A stretch of 42,426 nt of DNA from a virus (taxonomy: Duplodnaviria > Caudoviricetes). The stretch covers positions 1 to 42,426 of IMG/VR virus record IMGVR_UViG_3300020441_000010. The stretch is one strand, 5' to 3'. The notes beneath the pieces were generated by a model that had not been told where the DNA came from, did no database searches, and was given only the letters and a program-made list of their open reading frames with translations. Below are positions 16,475 through 25,810 of this stretch, piece after piece. Each line of letters opens with the position of its first letter. Within the stretch, counting starts at the first letter, position 1. Position numbers and translations under genes: made by a program.

Positions 16475-16495
16475 GTGATATTCGTAGCTTGAATT

Positions 16496-16533
16496 TATTT
16501 AGAGAGTATAACTGAGTGCTCAGTCGTCGTCAA
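16496..16533 (-). promoter_or_regulatory. Sigma70 promoter plus late core upstream of the HNH gene
   Basis: TTGACG-17 bp-TATACT, then TAAATA at 16501-16496. Confidence 0.7.
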
Positions 16534-16693
16534 GCCCTTTCATGTATATCTTGAGTGCTGCTACAAGTTCTAGTCTGGATAGGTCTGGTTCTTCTTGTAG
16601 ATAAGAATCTAGAACCATAACACATTGATTTTTGAATGCTACATTTTCAGAAATTTCAAGAGTTTCGCGTACAACGTCTTGAGTGATACTCAT
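16520..16693 (-). CDS. Small hypothetical protein (57 aa, not in the ORF track)
   Basis: Manual translation MSITQDVVRETLEISENVAF...KGLDDD; TAAATA upstream at 16715-16720. Confidence 0.6.
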   Translation of the reverse strand: MSITQDVVRETLEISENVAFKNQCVMVLDSYLQEEPDLSRLELVAALKIYMKGLDDD

Positions 16694-16723
16694 AGTTCTT
16701 TTTAGTAGTCGTAATATTTAGGT

Positions 16724-17341
16724 TCAGGCAACGTTGCCTGAGGGTTTTGTTAGTTGATTGTAATATTCATGAGAATACTTAGTTCGTTTACCATGAATGC
16801 CCCAACCCAACCAATTGTAAGCATGATTCATATAAAAAGCAATCGGTTGATCTTCCGTTTTTAAATGAACTTCGTAGTCTAACCACTGAGGTTCGTTAAC
16901 CATATACCTAAGTTGTCCCTGCATGGTAGAGGGATTGCATTCATACTTAGTACAAAAGGTACTCAGTCCATCGTAACGCTTCTGAGTAGTCCACTGAATG
17001 ATACCATACCCACCAGTCAAGCATTGCTCATATGGTACGCGAGCACCACCCTCACAGATGTTAGGAATGAACTTAGATTCCTGTTTGATGTTACCCATTA
17101 CAGTAGCAAGAGCTGCCTTGTCTTTGATACCACGAACCTGCAGAAATGATAGGGTGATGTTTTCATTAGGTTCACATCCGTCACAGATATAAGTATCAAT
17201 AGGAGGAGGATCTTGTAGTTCTGGATAAGGAATTACAGGGATAGGAACTGCTGTATTTTTATCAGGCAAAGCCACAAACGTTACTGCAGTTAATACAGTA
17301 GCAGATACGATTGCACTACAAATAAACATGGATTTTTTCAT
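16724..17341 (-). CDS. Phage lysozyme (tail-lysozyme/Phage_lysozyme2-like) with N-terminal hydrophobic anchor
   Basis: ALATVMGNIKQES (catalytic Glu), GYGIIQWT and QLRYM motifs. Confidence 0.8.
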   Translation of the reverse strand: MKKSMFICSAIVSATVLTAVTFVALPDKNTAVPIPVIPYPELQDPPPIDTYICDGCEPNENITLSFLQVRGIKDKAALATVMGNIKQESKFIPNICEGGARVPYEQCLTGGYGIIQWTTQKRYDGLSTFCTKYECNPSTMQGQLRYMVNEPQWLDYEVHLKTEDQPIAFYMNHAYNWLGWGIHGKRTKYSHEYYNQLTKPSGNVA

Positions 17342-17496
17342 ACGGATAAGATATCAATTTCATCTTCTTTAGGGTTAATCCATTCTTTGAATTCATCAGC
17401 TAGAGCCATTGCATCTTGATACTCTAGATTCGGGTCTGCTAGTCGATCCATGACCCACTCGCGGGTCGCTGCAACCACTTCAATTGTTTGATCCAT
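17338..17496 (-). CDS. Small hypothetical protein (52 aa, not in the ORF track)
   Basis: MDQTIEVVAATREWVMDRL...DILSV; stop overlaps the lysozyme start (ATGA). Confidence 0.65.
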   Translation of the reverse strand: MDQTIEVVAATREWVMDRLADPNLEYQDAMALADEFKEWINPKEDEIDILSV

Positions 17497-17517
17497 AATC
17501 ATTTTGAGGATGCGCTC

Positions 17518-17546
17518 ATTATAGTAGGTCTAGACCCCCTCGTCAA
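17518..17546 (-). promoter_or_regulatory. Sigma70-type promoter
   Basis: TTGACG-17 bp-TATAAT. Confidence 0.8.
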
Positions 17547-18250
17547 GACTCGTAAGGAAAATAAAATCTTAACGTCATTCTAGGATTCTCTCTGGTGTAG
17601 AAATCATCTATGACTGGATTATGCAAAGCTCTTGCATTATAAAATATAGCGTCATTGAAATGATATTCAACGGTGAGGATTTGATCCAGAATACCGTTGT
17701 TTGTTTTTTCATGGTAGTTATCAAGATTTATCTCCTCAATATAATCATCATAGTAATCTATATCCTTCTCATACAAAAGAACTTCATTATTGAATGACCA
17801 GAATCCTGTTTTAATTGATTTGTGATTTAAGTTTACAAGACCTATACATACTTTAGTATCATCATCAATAACATCATGATGTGGTAATAGACAATTTCCA
17901 GTATACAATACTTCCGACAACGGATCGGTTTCAAATTTCTTTTTATTATTTTTGTAGAAGTAAATAAACTCAGATTTAGATTCTTCAAGGATGTAATCAT
18001 TCTCATCATGATCACCAAAAACATTGTTGATAATGTTACTTCCTGTCCATGCAGGAAGTGCTAGAGAATTTACTCCTGGTTTATCTCCATCAGCTGATTC
18101 CCACTTAGTTAAAAGTTTTTGAAACTCAAGCACTCTATCAGGATACTTATAAACATTTCTAGCTATTGATACATATTCAGCAAGTTCTTCTATCTGGACA
18201 TCTGGATTAACCTCTGCAGCCCAATCCCAAATCTCATCAACAGTCTTCAT
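17543..18250 (-). CDS. Putative 2OG-Fe(II) oxygenase-fold protein (DUF6445-like), paralog 2
   Basis: LLPHHD, LVNLN, TGFW, FNDAIFYNARALH and R.TLRF motifs. Confidence 0.65.
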   Translation of the reverse strand: MKTVDEIWDWAAEVNPDVQIEELAEYVSIARNVYKYPDRVLEFQKLLTKWESADGDKPGVNSLALPAWTGSNIINNVFGDHDENDYILEESKSEFIYFYKNNKKKFETDPLSEVLYTGNCLLPHHDVIDDDTKVCIGLVNLNHKSIKTGFWSFNNEVLLYEKDIDYYDDYIEEINLDNYHEKTNNGILDQILTVEYHFNDAIFYNARALHNPVIDDFYTRENPRMTLRFYFPYES

Positions 18251-18972
18251 AATACCCTTTTCAATTCTTCTTGGGAGAGATCAAAAGGAAACCTTAACAT
18301 AATTCTAGGATTTTGTCTAGTATAAAAATCATCTATCCATGGTTGATGCAAAGCTCTTGCATTATAAACTATTGCCTCATTGAAATTATATTCAACATTA
18401 AGAACATTATCCAAAATACCATTGTTTGTTTTTTCATGGTAGTTGTGAAGATCTATACTTCTAGCATACTCATTCACTTCTTCATCAGTATCTTCATACT
18501 GAAGAACTTCTTCGTTAAATGACCAAAATCCTGTTTTTACTGTTCGATGATTTAAATTCACAAGAAAAATAATACTCTCAGTATTATCATCAACATAATC
18601 ATTATGAGGCAATAAACAATTTCCTGTTTGCAAGTCTTCATCTAACGGTATATTATCATGTTTCTGAATATTATCTCGATAAAAATAAAGGAACTCTGGT
18701 TCACAAGAAGAAATAACTTGTTCAGAATCATCCATATCAAAAACTTCTTCAATAAGATTTTTTGATAACCATGCAGGAAGGACTAGAGAAGTCATTCCTG
18801 GTCTTGCAGTTTCCCATGTCTCCCATCTGCACAATAATTCTTGAAACTCAAGTACTCTATCAGGATACTTATAAACATTTCTAGCTATTGATACATAGTC
18901 AGTAATTCTTTCAACTCTACACTCTTGGTTAATCTCGCTAGACCATTTCCAGATCTCATCAATCGTCTCCAT
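18247..18972 (-). CDS. Putative 2OG-Fe(II) oxygenase-fold protein (DUF6445-like), paralog 1
   Basis: LLPHND, LVNLN, TGFW and FNEAIVYNARALH motifs; collinear with the adjacent gene. Confidence 0.65.
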   Translation of the reverse strand: METIDEIWKWSSEINQECRVERITDYVSIARNVYKYPDRVLEFQELLCRWETWETARPGMTSLVLPAWLSKNLIEEVFDMDDSEQVISSCEPEFLYFYRDNIQKHDNIPLDEDLQTGNCLLPHNDYVDDNTESIIFLVNLNHRTVKTGFWSFNEEVLQYEDTDEEVNEYARSIDLHNYHEKTNNGILDNVLNVEYNFNEAIVYNARALHQPWIDDFYTRQNPRIMLRFPFDLSQEELKRVL

Positions 18973-19396
18973 AATAATCTTTTCTAAAATATCTGCTTAA
19001 AATATTACTATTATAGTATGCAGGTTCTCCATTTAAAGACTCCGTAAGCACATTGTTAAAAAACAACTGCCGAGTCTCTTCAAAGTTTGTTCTACCTTTT
19101 GTTTTATGAAGAGATAAGATCTCTCGTTTGAATTTATCTCTGCCGATCTTTTCTATCTCTTCTTTAAGTTCTGGACAAGAACCATAATATTTTTTCCAAT
19201 CTGATTCTTGTTTTACTTTACGCTTCTTTCCCTTCGGTGTTCGGAACGACCAAAAATACTTTCTCCCAATATATTTCCTTCCGTTTTGTATGTTTGTGAT
19301 GAGATAAACAAAACCAAAATAATCCCCAATATCCTTCCCAGCAAAAGCCACACCATTATATTTCCAAGGATTTTCATAATCAATATCTATACTCAT
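18959..19396 (-). CDS. GIY-YIG family nuclease-like protein
   Basis: GFVYLITN..NGRKYIGRK, YYGS, conserved Glu and YYN. Confidence 0.85.
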   Translation of the reverse strand: MSIDIDYENPWKYNGVAFAGKDIGDYFGFVYLITNIQNGRKYIGRKYFWSFRTPKGKKRKVKQESDWKKYYGSCPELKEEIEKIGRDKFKREILSLHKTKGRTNFEETRQLFFNNVLTESLNGEPAYYNSNILSRYFRKDYYGDD

Positions 19397-19541
19397 TAAT
19401 AATATCTAATACCTTGTTCAGGTATTTATGAGCAAGTTCTCTCTCTCCCTGCCACACATCTGCTCCCTCCATGTCCACCTGATGCTTCAGTTTCATTACA
19501 TGGACTTTCATTTCTTCTTTCTCTATTTGATTTTTAGGCAT
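19380..19541 (-). CDS. Small hypothetical protein (53 aa, not in the ORF track)
   Basis: MPKNQIEKEEMKVHVMKLK...AHKYLNKVLDIINEYRY. Confidence 0.65.
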   Translation of the reverse strand: MPKNQIEKEEMKVHVMKLKHQVDMEGADVWQGERELAHKYLNKVLDIINEYRY

Positions 19542-19571
19542 AAAAAATAGGAGGATTTCTCCCCCTATTTA
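19542..19571 (-). terminator. Terminator after nrdB, overlapping a late promoter core
   Basis: TAAATAGGGGGA-GAAA-TCCTCCTATTTTTT. Confidence 0.75.
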
Positions 19572-19587
19572 AGCACAAATTGTATAA

Positions 19588-19707
19588 TTAGTCATCAAAG
19601 TCACGATTCTCAAATATAAAATCGTCACACTTCTTTGCTTCTATGTATTTTTCTAATGTTGGTTTCTTATTAAAGTTGAAAACCAGCGAAAGTATCTTTC
19701 TTAACAT
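19588..19707 (-). CDS. Possible 39-aa ORF overlapping the nrdB 3' end
   Basis: MLRKILSLVFNFNKKPTLEKYIEAKKCDDFIFENRDFDD fills the gap before the terminator. Confidence 0.35.
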   Translation of the reverse strand: MLRKILSLVFNFNKKPTLEKYIEAKKCDDFIFENRDFDD

Positions 19708-20872
19708 CTTGCTTAATTCCACCTACGACATAGGACTCAACCTCTGTTTCCTGTGGTGCAACTTGCAGTCCCTTAGAAGAGATCCAATGTTGTGTCCAGG
19801 GTAGAGGATTATTTTTTGCAGCAATATCATACTGAGGTTTGAGACCAATCGCCTTAAGACGACGATTAGCAACCCACTCAACATACTGCTGAAGCAGTTT
19901 ATCGTTCAGACCAATCATAGATCCATCCTTGAACAGATAGTCTGCCCAACGCTTCTCTTCATTCACTGCACGTTCAAATGCTCGATAGGTCCACTCTTCC
20001 TCTTCCTTCATGATCTCAGCCATCTCAGGATCATCACCCTGCTTCCATTTGTTCAGGATGTTTTGGGTGATTGCGAGGTGTTGGTTTTCGTCTCTTGCGA
20101 TAAGGGAAATGATCTTTGCAGATCCTTCCATGAGTTTAAGTTCGCCAAAGGCGAAAGAACATGCAAACGATACATAGAATCTAATTCCTTCAAGGATGTT
20201 AACGTTAGCAACTGCTCTATAGAGCTTTCTCTTAACATCTTTGATCTCCCATTGAGATGTAGGTGAATCTTTGAAATCACTCTGCCACATATTACCAGTA
20301 CCCCACATTTGAGCACTGTTGATAAAATCATCATATGCTTCTGTAACGCTCTTAGAACGCTCTACAATGCGCTCGTCTGTGATGATCTGGTCAAATACTT
20401 CAGAAGGATTTGAATAGACGTTCTTAATAATATATGTGTAAGAACGACTATGAATCATCTCCATGAATCCCCATACTTCCATACATGCTTCTAGTTCTGG
20501 AAGAGAGCAATATGGGATAAACGCCATACCAGGACCACGACCTTGCACAGAGTCAAGCATGATCTGATACTTCAGGTTAGAAGTATAAATGTGTCTTTGC
20601 TCGGGGGTCAGTGTTTGATAGTCACCACGATCCTTCTGCAGAGAAACCTCTTCAGGTCTCCAGAAGTATCCTAATTGTTGTGTGGTAAGTTTATCGAAAA
20701 CTGGATGTTTGTAAGAATCGTATCTCTGAATGCCTAGGGGAGCTCCCAGAAACATTGGTTGTTTCAGGGTATTCACTTGGTCGGTATTAAATACCGTCAT
20801 TCTATCCACAGTCATTCTTCCGTTCGCTTTATTTGAACTGTATGCTCTATCTACTTTGAAGTCTGCCTTCAT
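19670..20872 (-). CDS. nrdB: Ribonucleotide reductase class Ia beta subunit
   Basis: FWRPEEV, LDSVQG, EMIHSRSY, LEGIRFYVSF, RDENQH and VAPQETE motifs; SD AAGGAG; uninterrupted. Confidence 0.98.
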   Translation of the reverse strand: MKADFKVDRAYSSNKANGRMTVDRMTVFNTDQVNTLKQPMFLGAPLGIQRYDSYKHPVFDKLTTQQLGYFWRPEEVSLQKDRGDYQTLTPEQRHIYTSNLKYQIMLDSVQGRGPGMAFIPYCSLPELEACMEVWGFMEMIHSRSYTYIIKNVYSNPSEVFDQIITDERIVERSKSVTEAYDDFINSAQMWGTGNMWQSDFKDSPTSQWEIKDVKRKLYRAVANVNILEGIRFYVSFACSFAFGELKLMEGSAKIISLIARDENQHLAITQNILNKWKQGDDPEMAEIMKEEEEWTYRAFERAVNEEKRWADYLFKDGSMIGLNDKLLQQYVEWVANRRLKAIGLKPQYDIAAKNNPLPWTQHWISSKGLQVAPQETEVESYVVGGIKQDVKKDTFAGFQL

Positions 20873-20938
20873 CTATTTCTCCTTTGTTTACCGTTTGCTT
20901 ACTTACCAATTCCAACTCTACAAGAGTATTTAATAAAA

Positions 20939-23239
20939 TTAGATTTTACAAGATTCGCAGTCTTCTTCATCTGCAGTCAGGAGTTCATTGAGCAAAGACT
21001 CAACGCTCTCTCTATCATCATCTTTGACTTCATCCGTCTTGATATCGTATGTATTCTGATAGTAACTCGTCTTCCATCCATACTTGTAAGTAGTGAGGAA
21101 GTCTTGAGCCATAACAGAAACAGGTACTTCGTTGTCGGGGAAGTGTTCTGGATTATAGGACCAGTTTCCAGAAATTGCTTGGTCAAAGAACTTCTGAATA
21201 ACCGAAACAATTTTAATATACCCACTGTTATTAGGCATATCCCAAAGTAAAGTATAGTTGTTCTTCAGAGAGTTATACTGCGGAACAATCTGCTTAAGAG
21301 GTCCTTTCTTGGATTTCTTAATGGACAAGTATCCGCGAGGTGGTTCGATTCCATTGGTTGCGTTTGACACAACGGAACTGCTCTCTGAAGGCATTTGTGC
21401 GGACAATGTGCTGTGCCGTAATCCGAACTCGGAGATAGATGCCCTAAGAGATTCCCAATCACGTTCGTACTCCTGACTAGAGATTTCGTCTACGTCTCTC
21501 TTATATGTATCGATCGGGAGGATACCATCTGCATACTTAGTACGACCAAAGTATTCACAATGTCCTTTCTCTTTTGCGAGTTGATTGGAGGACTTGAGAA
21601 GATAATATTGGAAGTTCTCGGTGAGTCCATGAACAGCGTCCCATGCTTCCTGAGAGTCGTAGGAGAACCCTAATTTAGCGAGATAGTGAGCAAGACCTAT
21701 AAAACCTATTCCAAGGGACCTACGTGCCTTTGTGGCGATCTCTGCTGCCTGGATAGGATACTTCTGATAGTCAATCAGTTCTTCTAGTCCACGAACAGAA
21801 AGATCACATAAGTTCTCTAGTTCTTCATCAGACTTAACTTTTCCAATATTGATTGCAGAAAGAATACACAGAGCAATCTCACCATACTCATCATCAATAT
21901 GATTTAGAGGATATGTGGGCAGGGTAATCTCCTGACAAAGATTACTCATCTCAACCTTATCCTTGAAAGACGAATGAGAATTGCAATGGTCAATATTCAT
22001 CAGATAGATGCGACCAGTCTCTGCTCTCTCTTTCAGAAGGTTTAGAATAAGTTCTTGAGCTTTGATAGTTTTCTTAGGAATAGATTCATCAGATTCATAA
22101 CTTTCATATACATGATCAAATCGATCAGTACCAAAAGCATCATAAAGACCTGGAACATCGTGAGGCGAGAAGAGTGAAATTTCTTCGTCTCTGATGAATC
22201 TTTCGTAGAAGAGTTTGGAGATTTGAATTGAGTAGTCAAGTTTTCTTACGCGATTATCTTCTGTACCTTTATTGTTCTTCAGAACAATAATGTCTTCTAT
22301 CTCTTGGTGCCAGATTGGAAAGTGGACTGTAGCCGATCCACCTCTAATGCCGTTCTGTGTGCAGCATCGGACAGTTGCCTCAAACTTTTTGAGGAATGGT
22401 ACAACACCTGTATGCTGAACTTCTCCGCCTCTGATTTTACTGTTGATCCCACGGATGCGACCCGCGTTGATACCGATTCCCGCCCGTTGTGCAACATAGC
22501 GGCCGATAGCCATATCACTGCTAAAGATGCTATCGAGGGTGTCATCAACATCAACAAGAACACAGCTTGCAAATTGTCTAAGTGGAGTTCGCACTCCCGC
22601 CATGATAGGTGTGGGAATGTTGATTTTGTGCTTTGAGATCGCGTCGTAGTATCGTCGGACATAATCGAGTCTCGTTTCTTTTGGATACTCAGCAAAGATA
22701 GTCAGAGCAATCATCATATACATGAACTGAGGAGTTTCATATACTCCACCATTGCTGCGATCCTGGACTAAGTATTTATCTACAACCTGCCGCAAACCAG
22801 CATAAGTGAACAGAAAATCACGATCATGATCGATCATGGAGTTTACTTTTTCAATCTCTTCCTTTGAATATTTTACAAAGATCTCTTTATCATAAACATC
22901 AACATTTGTACAGTTCATGATGTGTGCTTCAAGATGAGGAAGTTCTCTCATCTTTCCATAGATTTGCTTACGAACGGCAAACAAAAGTAATCTTGCAGCA
23001 ACGTATTGATAGTTAGGATGATCCAAATCAATCAGATCACTTGCAGATCGAATTAGAATCTCTTGAATTTCTTCAGTTGTAATTCCATCATAGAACTGAA
23101 TACCCGACTTCATCTCTACTTGACTCGCAGAGACCCCTGCAAGACCCGTAGTTGCCTCTTCAACCATTAAATGCATCTTATCTAGGTCGAGTGATTCAAT
23201 TCGACCATCACGCTTTTTTACAGTAGTCCCGTTGCTCAT
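20939..23239 (-). CDS. nrdA: Ribonucleotide reductase class Ia alpha subunit
   Basis: ATP cone (VKKRDG), QFASCVL, SNLCQEI, MPSESSS, TSYY and C-terminal CESC; no intein; start at MSNG (23239). Confidence 0.98.
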   Translation of the reverse strand: MSNGTTVKKRDGRIESLDLDKMHLMVEEATTGLAGVSASQVEMKSGIQFYDGITTEEIQEILIRSASDLIDLDHPNYQYVAARLLLFAVRKQIYGKMRELPHLEAHIMNCTNVDVYDKEIFVKYSKEEIEKVNSMIDHDRDFLFTYAGLRQVVDKYLVQDRSNGGVYETPQFMYMMIALTIFAEYPKETRLDYVRRYYDAISKHKINIPTPIMAGVRTPLRQFASCVLVDVDDTLDSIFSSDMAIGRYVAQRAGIGINAGRIRGINSKIRGGEVQHTGVVPFLKKFEATVRCCTQNGIRGGSATVHFPIWHQEIEDIIVLKNNKGTEDNRVRKLDYSIQISKLFYERFIRDEEISLFSPHDVPGLYDAFGTDRFDHVYESYESDESIPKKTIKAQELILNLLKERAETGRIYLMNIDHCNSHSSFKDKVEMSNLCQEITLPTYPLNHIDDEYGEIALCILSAINIGKVKSDEELENLCDLSVRGLEELIDYQKYPIQAAEIATKARRSLGIGFIGLAHYLAKLGFSYDSQEAWDAVHGLTENFQYYLLKSSNQLAKEKGHCEYFGRTKYADGILPIDTYKRDVDEISSQEYERDWESLRASISEFGLRHSTLSAQMPSESSSVVSNATNGIEPPRGYLSIKKSKKGPLKQIVPQYNSLKNNYTLLWDMPNNSGYIKIVSVIQKFFDQAISGNWSYNPEHFPDNEVPVSVMAQDFLTTYKYGWKTSYYQNTYDIKTDEVKDDDRESVESLLNELLTADEEDCESCKI

Positions 23240-24222
23240 ATCTTTTTCCAATTAGTAAATTTTAACTTTGCTTCTAGTCCAGAGTATGTATTAGATTTTA
23301 TCACAGACTGGGGATCCAGTCCACACATTACCATGTCATTTATATCCTTTTCATCAATACTCTCTGGCCAGATGACTACCCTTGAACCGTTTTCGATTGC
23401 ACGTTGGATTCTGGTAACGATTTCTCTATTACGGGGTTCGTTATCATAAATCCAAACAGGATCGCTAATACCCCAATTACTAACTTGAGCGTCAGCTCCA
23501 CACATAGCAATCGCATTCTGTATGAACGTAGAGTCGAAAGGTCCTTCAGTAATATAGACGGTATCATCTCTGTCGATTTCGTCGAGACCGTAGATCTTTG
23601 GCGCATTTTCATCGAACATGACTGTAATGTATTTAATAGAATTCGATGAATTCATAACAAAACTTCTTCCTTGCACTCCAACTAGGGTATTGTTATATAT
23701 GAGAGGAATAATAATCCTCGGTTCATCATACTTAGTGCTTTCAAAGGTAGGTTTAATAGAATTAATCCATGCTTTGAATGTAGTAGTATAATAGAATTTA
23801 TCTGGATCTACCTTCCTAGCAATGAGATATCCTAGGGGTTCCACACATTCAGACACCTTAGGTAAATCTATACTTAATTCCTTTTTCTTGAACACTGGTT
23901 TCTCAAGATGAAATTCAGGTTCTTTAGTAACGAAACTATTACCAGCATGACCTTCCTTGAACTTCTCAAGGACATATGCCTTATGCAATTGAGGATCTAC
24001 TTGCTTTAATAGATTACCAAAAGAAAGACTTGCACCACAATTATGGCACTTATAATTAGTATTATTCTTTACCTGATAGATATATCCTCTAGCTTTATTC
24101 TTATTCTTCTGCGAATCTCCACAGATGGGACAGCGGAGATTAAATAAATTATTTTTTACTTTCTTAAATTTCTGAAATCGTGGAGAGACAAGACCGATAT
24201 ACTTCGCGTCAACCAAATCCAT
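23236..24222 (-). CDS. gp61: DNA primase (T4 gp61-like)
   Basis: RCPICGDS...CHNC zinc domain; TOPRIM motifs EGPFDS, YDNEPRN and KDIND. Confidence 0.96.
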   Translation of the reverse strand: MDLVDAKYIGLVSPRFQKFKKVKNNLFNLRCPICGDSQKNKNKARGYIYQVKNNTNYKCHNCGASLSFGNLLKQVDPQLHKAYVLEKFKEGHAGNSFVTKEPEFHLEKPVFKKKELSIDLPKVSECVEPLGYLIARKVDPDKFYYTTTFKAWINSIKPTFESTKYDEPRIIIPLIYNNTLVGVQGRSFVMNSSNSIKYITVMFDENAPKIYGLDEIDRDDTVYITEGPFDSTFIQNAIAMCGADAQVSNWGISDPVWIYDNEPRNREIVTRIQRAIENGSRVVIWPESIDEKDINDMVMCGLDPQSVIKSNTYSGLEAKLKFTNWKKI

Positions 24223-24232
24223 TGTAAAGAGA

Positions 24233-24646
24233 TCAAATAGTTCTTTCTATTGTACTCGCTGTTACTGGAGGAGTCAACACTTTGATGATAGGTGGAACCA
24301 CTTGTAGCACTGCGACAAGAGTGGTCAACACTGCTGTAACACCAATCACAAACCTTTGATTTACATCTACTTTCTTTTGAATTTTATCAATTCTATCATG
24401 AAGAATTACATGATTCTTTTCTTCTTGATTTTTCATTTCTTCTATCATTCTAATGATGAGTTGATCTGACTTATCACTCTCATCTAAACGATTCTCATGT
24501 CTTTCTAGTATAACAGAAACTCTATTACTATTCTCAGAAATAGTAGAGACAGCACGTTCTAACTTGTCCAGCATCTCCTTGGACAGGTCTTCGTAGATAT
24601 CTAATTTTGATTCTAGAACTGCAAGTTTGCCTAGACCGAACGCCAT
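24233..24646 (-). CDS. Coiled-coil protein with C-terminal transmembrane helix
   Basis: Heptad-rich region followed by FVIGVTAVLTTLVAVLQVV. Confidence 0.75.
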   Translation of the reverse strand: MAFGLGKLAVLESKLDIYEDLSKEMLDKLERAVSTISENSNRVSVILERHENRLDESDKSDQLIIRMIEEMKNQEEKNHVILHDRIDKIQKKVDVNQRFVIGVTAVLTTLVAVLQVVPPIIKVLTPPVTASTIERTI

Positions 24647-24825
24647 TACTTTTGCTGCCAGAGTTTTCTTGTTCCTTTCATGTAAATGTATTTCTTTTTC
24701 TTTCTTACTGGTGGATCATCTCCTGCTTCTACAGACCCAGCAATCTTTCCATTACCCATAGCCATAGTTGGACCTTCTTCTTTGATCCGTCGAACCATTT
24801 CTATTATGTAATCAATCTTTTCCAT
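24646..24825 (-). CDS. Small basic hypothetical protein (59 aa, not in the ORF track)
   Basis: MEKIDYIIEMVRRIKEEGPTM...GDDPPVRKKKK...LWQQK; TAATG coupling to the next gene. Confidence 0.65.
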   Translation of the reverse strand: MEKIDYIIEMVRRIKEEGPTMAMGNGKIAGSVEAGDDPPVRKKKKYIYMKGTRKLWQQK

Positions 24826-25207
24826 CTGGATTGTAGTAAGTTTTTCTTAATTGACCTAAACAATTTATATCAATATGTATATCATGAATATAACATCTAG
24901 GAGTATCTGGAAGTCTATTTAAGAAAACAATGAATGTTTTCATCACAGACCATAAATCCTCTTCTATTTTATAAAACAGCATTGGTGTTGCTGCATCCCC
25001 AAATATATTATACAAAACAATAAAGTGATTGATCAGGAGAGATGTCTTCAACTCTCCTGAACCTTTATATCGCTTCAATAGACGTTTGATATATTTGAAA
25101 TGATTCAAATCTTTATCAAAATCGTCCTTGGTCACTGCCTGGGGATTCTCATAATTTTTTATAGCGAATAACAAAAAATTATCTTCATTCAGTTCATCAA
25201 AAAACAT
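24812..25207 (-). CDS. Conserved T4-like phage hypothetical protein
   Basis: ELNEDNF..FA...Y.NPQ, KYIKRL and LINH..VLYN.FG pattern. Confidence 0.8.
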   Translation of the reverse strand: MFFDELNEDNFLLFAIKNYENPQAVTKDDFDKDLNHFKYIKRLLKRYKGSGELKTSLLINHFIVLYNIFGDAATPMLFYKIEEDLWSVMKTFIVFLNRLPDTPRCYIHDIHIDINCLGQLRKTYYNPDGKD

Positions 25208-25217
25208 TAGTCAATTA

Positions 25218-25733
25218 TTATGCAGGTGGGAACAGAGGTGCGTTACCTGTAGAAATACCAGACATCGCAACTAAGACTTCCTGCTTAACTCTCAGGTTGC
25301 CGTTGAGATCGTTATAGGTCGTAACACCAACCCATCCAGCGTGTGTTGCGTGATATGCAGTAGCTCTACCAGCAGTAACGCCAGCACCAGAAACGCCGTA
25401 TGCGAAGGTGTCTTCTGTGCCTGCAGAAGATTCGCTGTATACAGAATCCAGAACTGTGTACTTAGGACATTCGCTTACAGTAAAGTCTGTAGAAGCAATT
25501 GATGCTCCGCTAAGTCCTGCAGTTGATCCAATAGTAAGAGATGTTCCGCTTGCGATAGATTTAATTACAGCATCGCCGTGATAGATTCCATCTCTCGCGC
25601 CGAAACGAATTACTTGTCCGACTGCTAAGTCGGTGACGAATGTGGTTCCTGAACCAGTTACAACACCAGTAGCATAGTTAAGACTTACTGTTCCTGTTGA
25701 GGTCACATTGTCGCTATTTCCCCAGAGTGCCAT
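25218..25733 (-). CDS. Probable virion structural/fiber-like protein
   Basis: MALWG start, G/S/T-rich beta repeats, HAGWV...R.K.E.LVAM C-terminus; TATAAATA late promoter upstream. Confidence 0.7.
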   Translation of the reverse strand: MALWGNSDNVTSTGTVSLNYATGVVTGSGTTFVTDLAVGQVIRFGARDGIYHGDAVIKSIASGTSLTIGSTAGLSGASIASTDFTVSECPKYTVLDSVYSESSAGTEDTFAYGVSGAGVTAGRATAYHATHAGWVGVTTYNDLNGNLRVKQEVLVAMSGISTGNAPLFPPA

Positions 25734-25767
25734 GTGATTGCCTGTGATAAACTTTTTACGATAGAAA

Positions 25768-25806
25768 TATTTATAAAAAAATAAGACCCTAGGTATAGGG
25801 TCTTAC
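25768..25806 (-). terminator. Terminator immediately followed by the late promoter TATAAATA
   Basis: TAAGACCCTA-tacc-TAGGGTCTTA-TTTTTT-TATAAATA. Confidence 0.85.
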
Positions 25807-25810
25807 ACCA

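Noticed and set aside
19670-23239. Introns or inteins in nrdA/nrdB (also checked gp43, gp41 and uvsX)
   Set aside because: All are continuous ORFs of normal length with no intein-like insertions.
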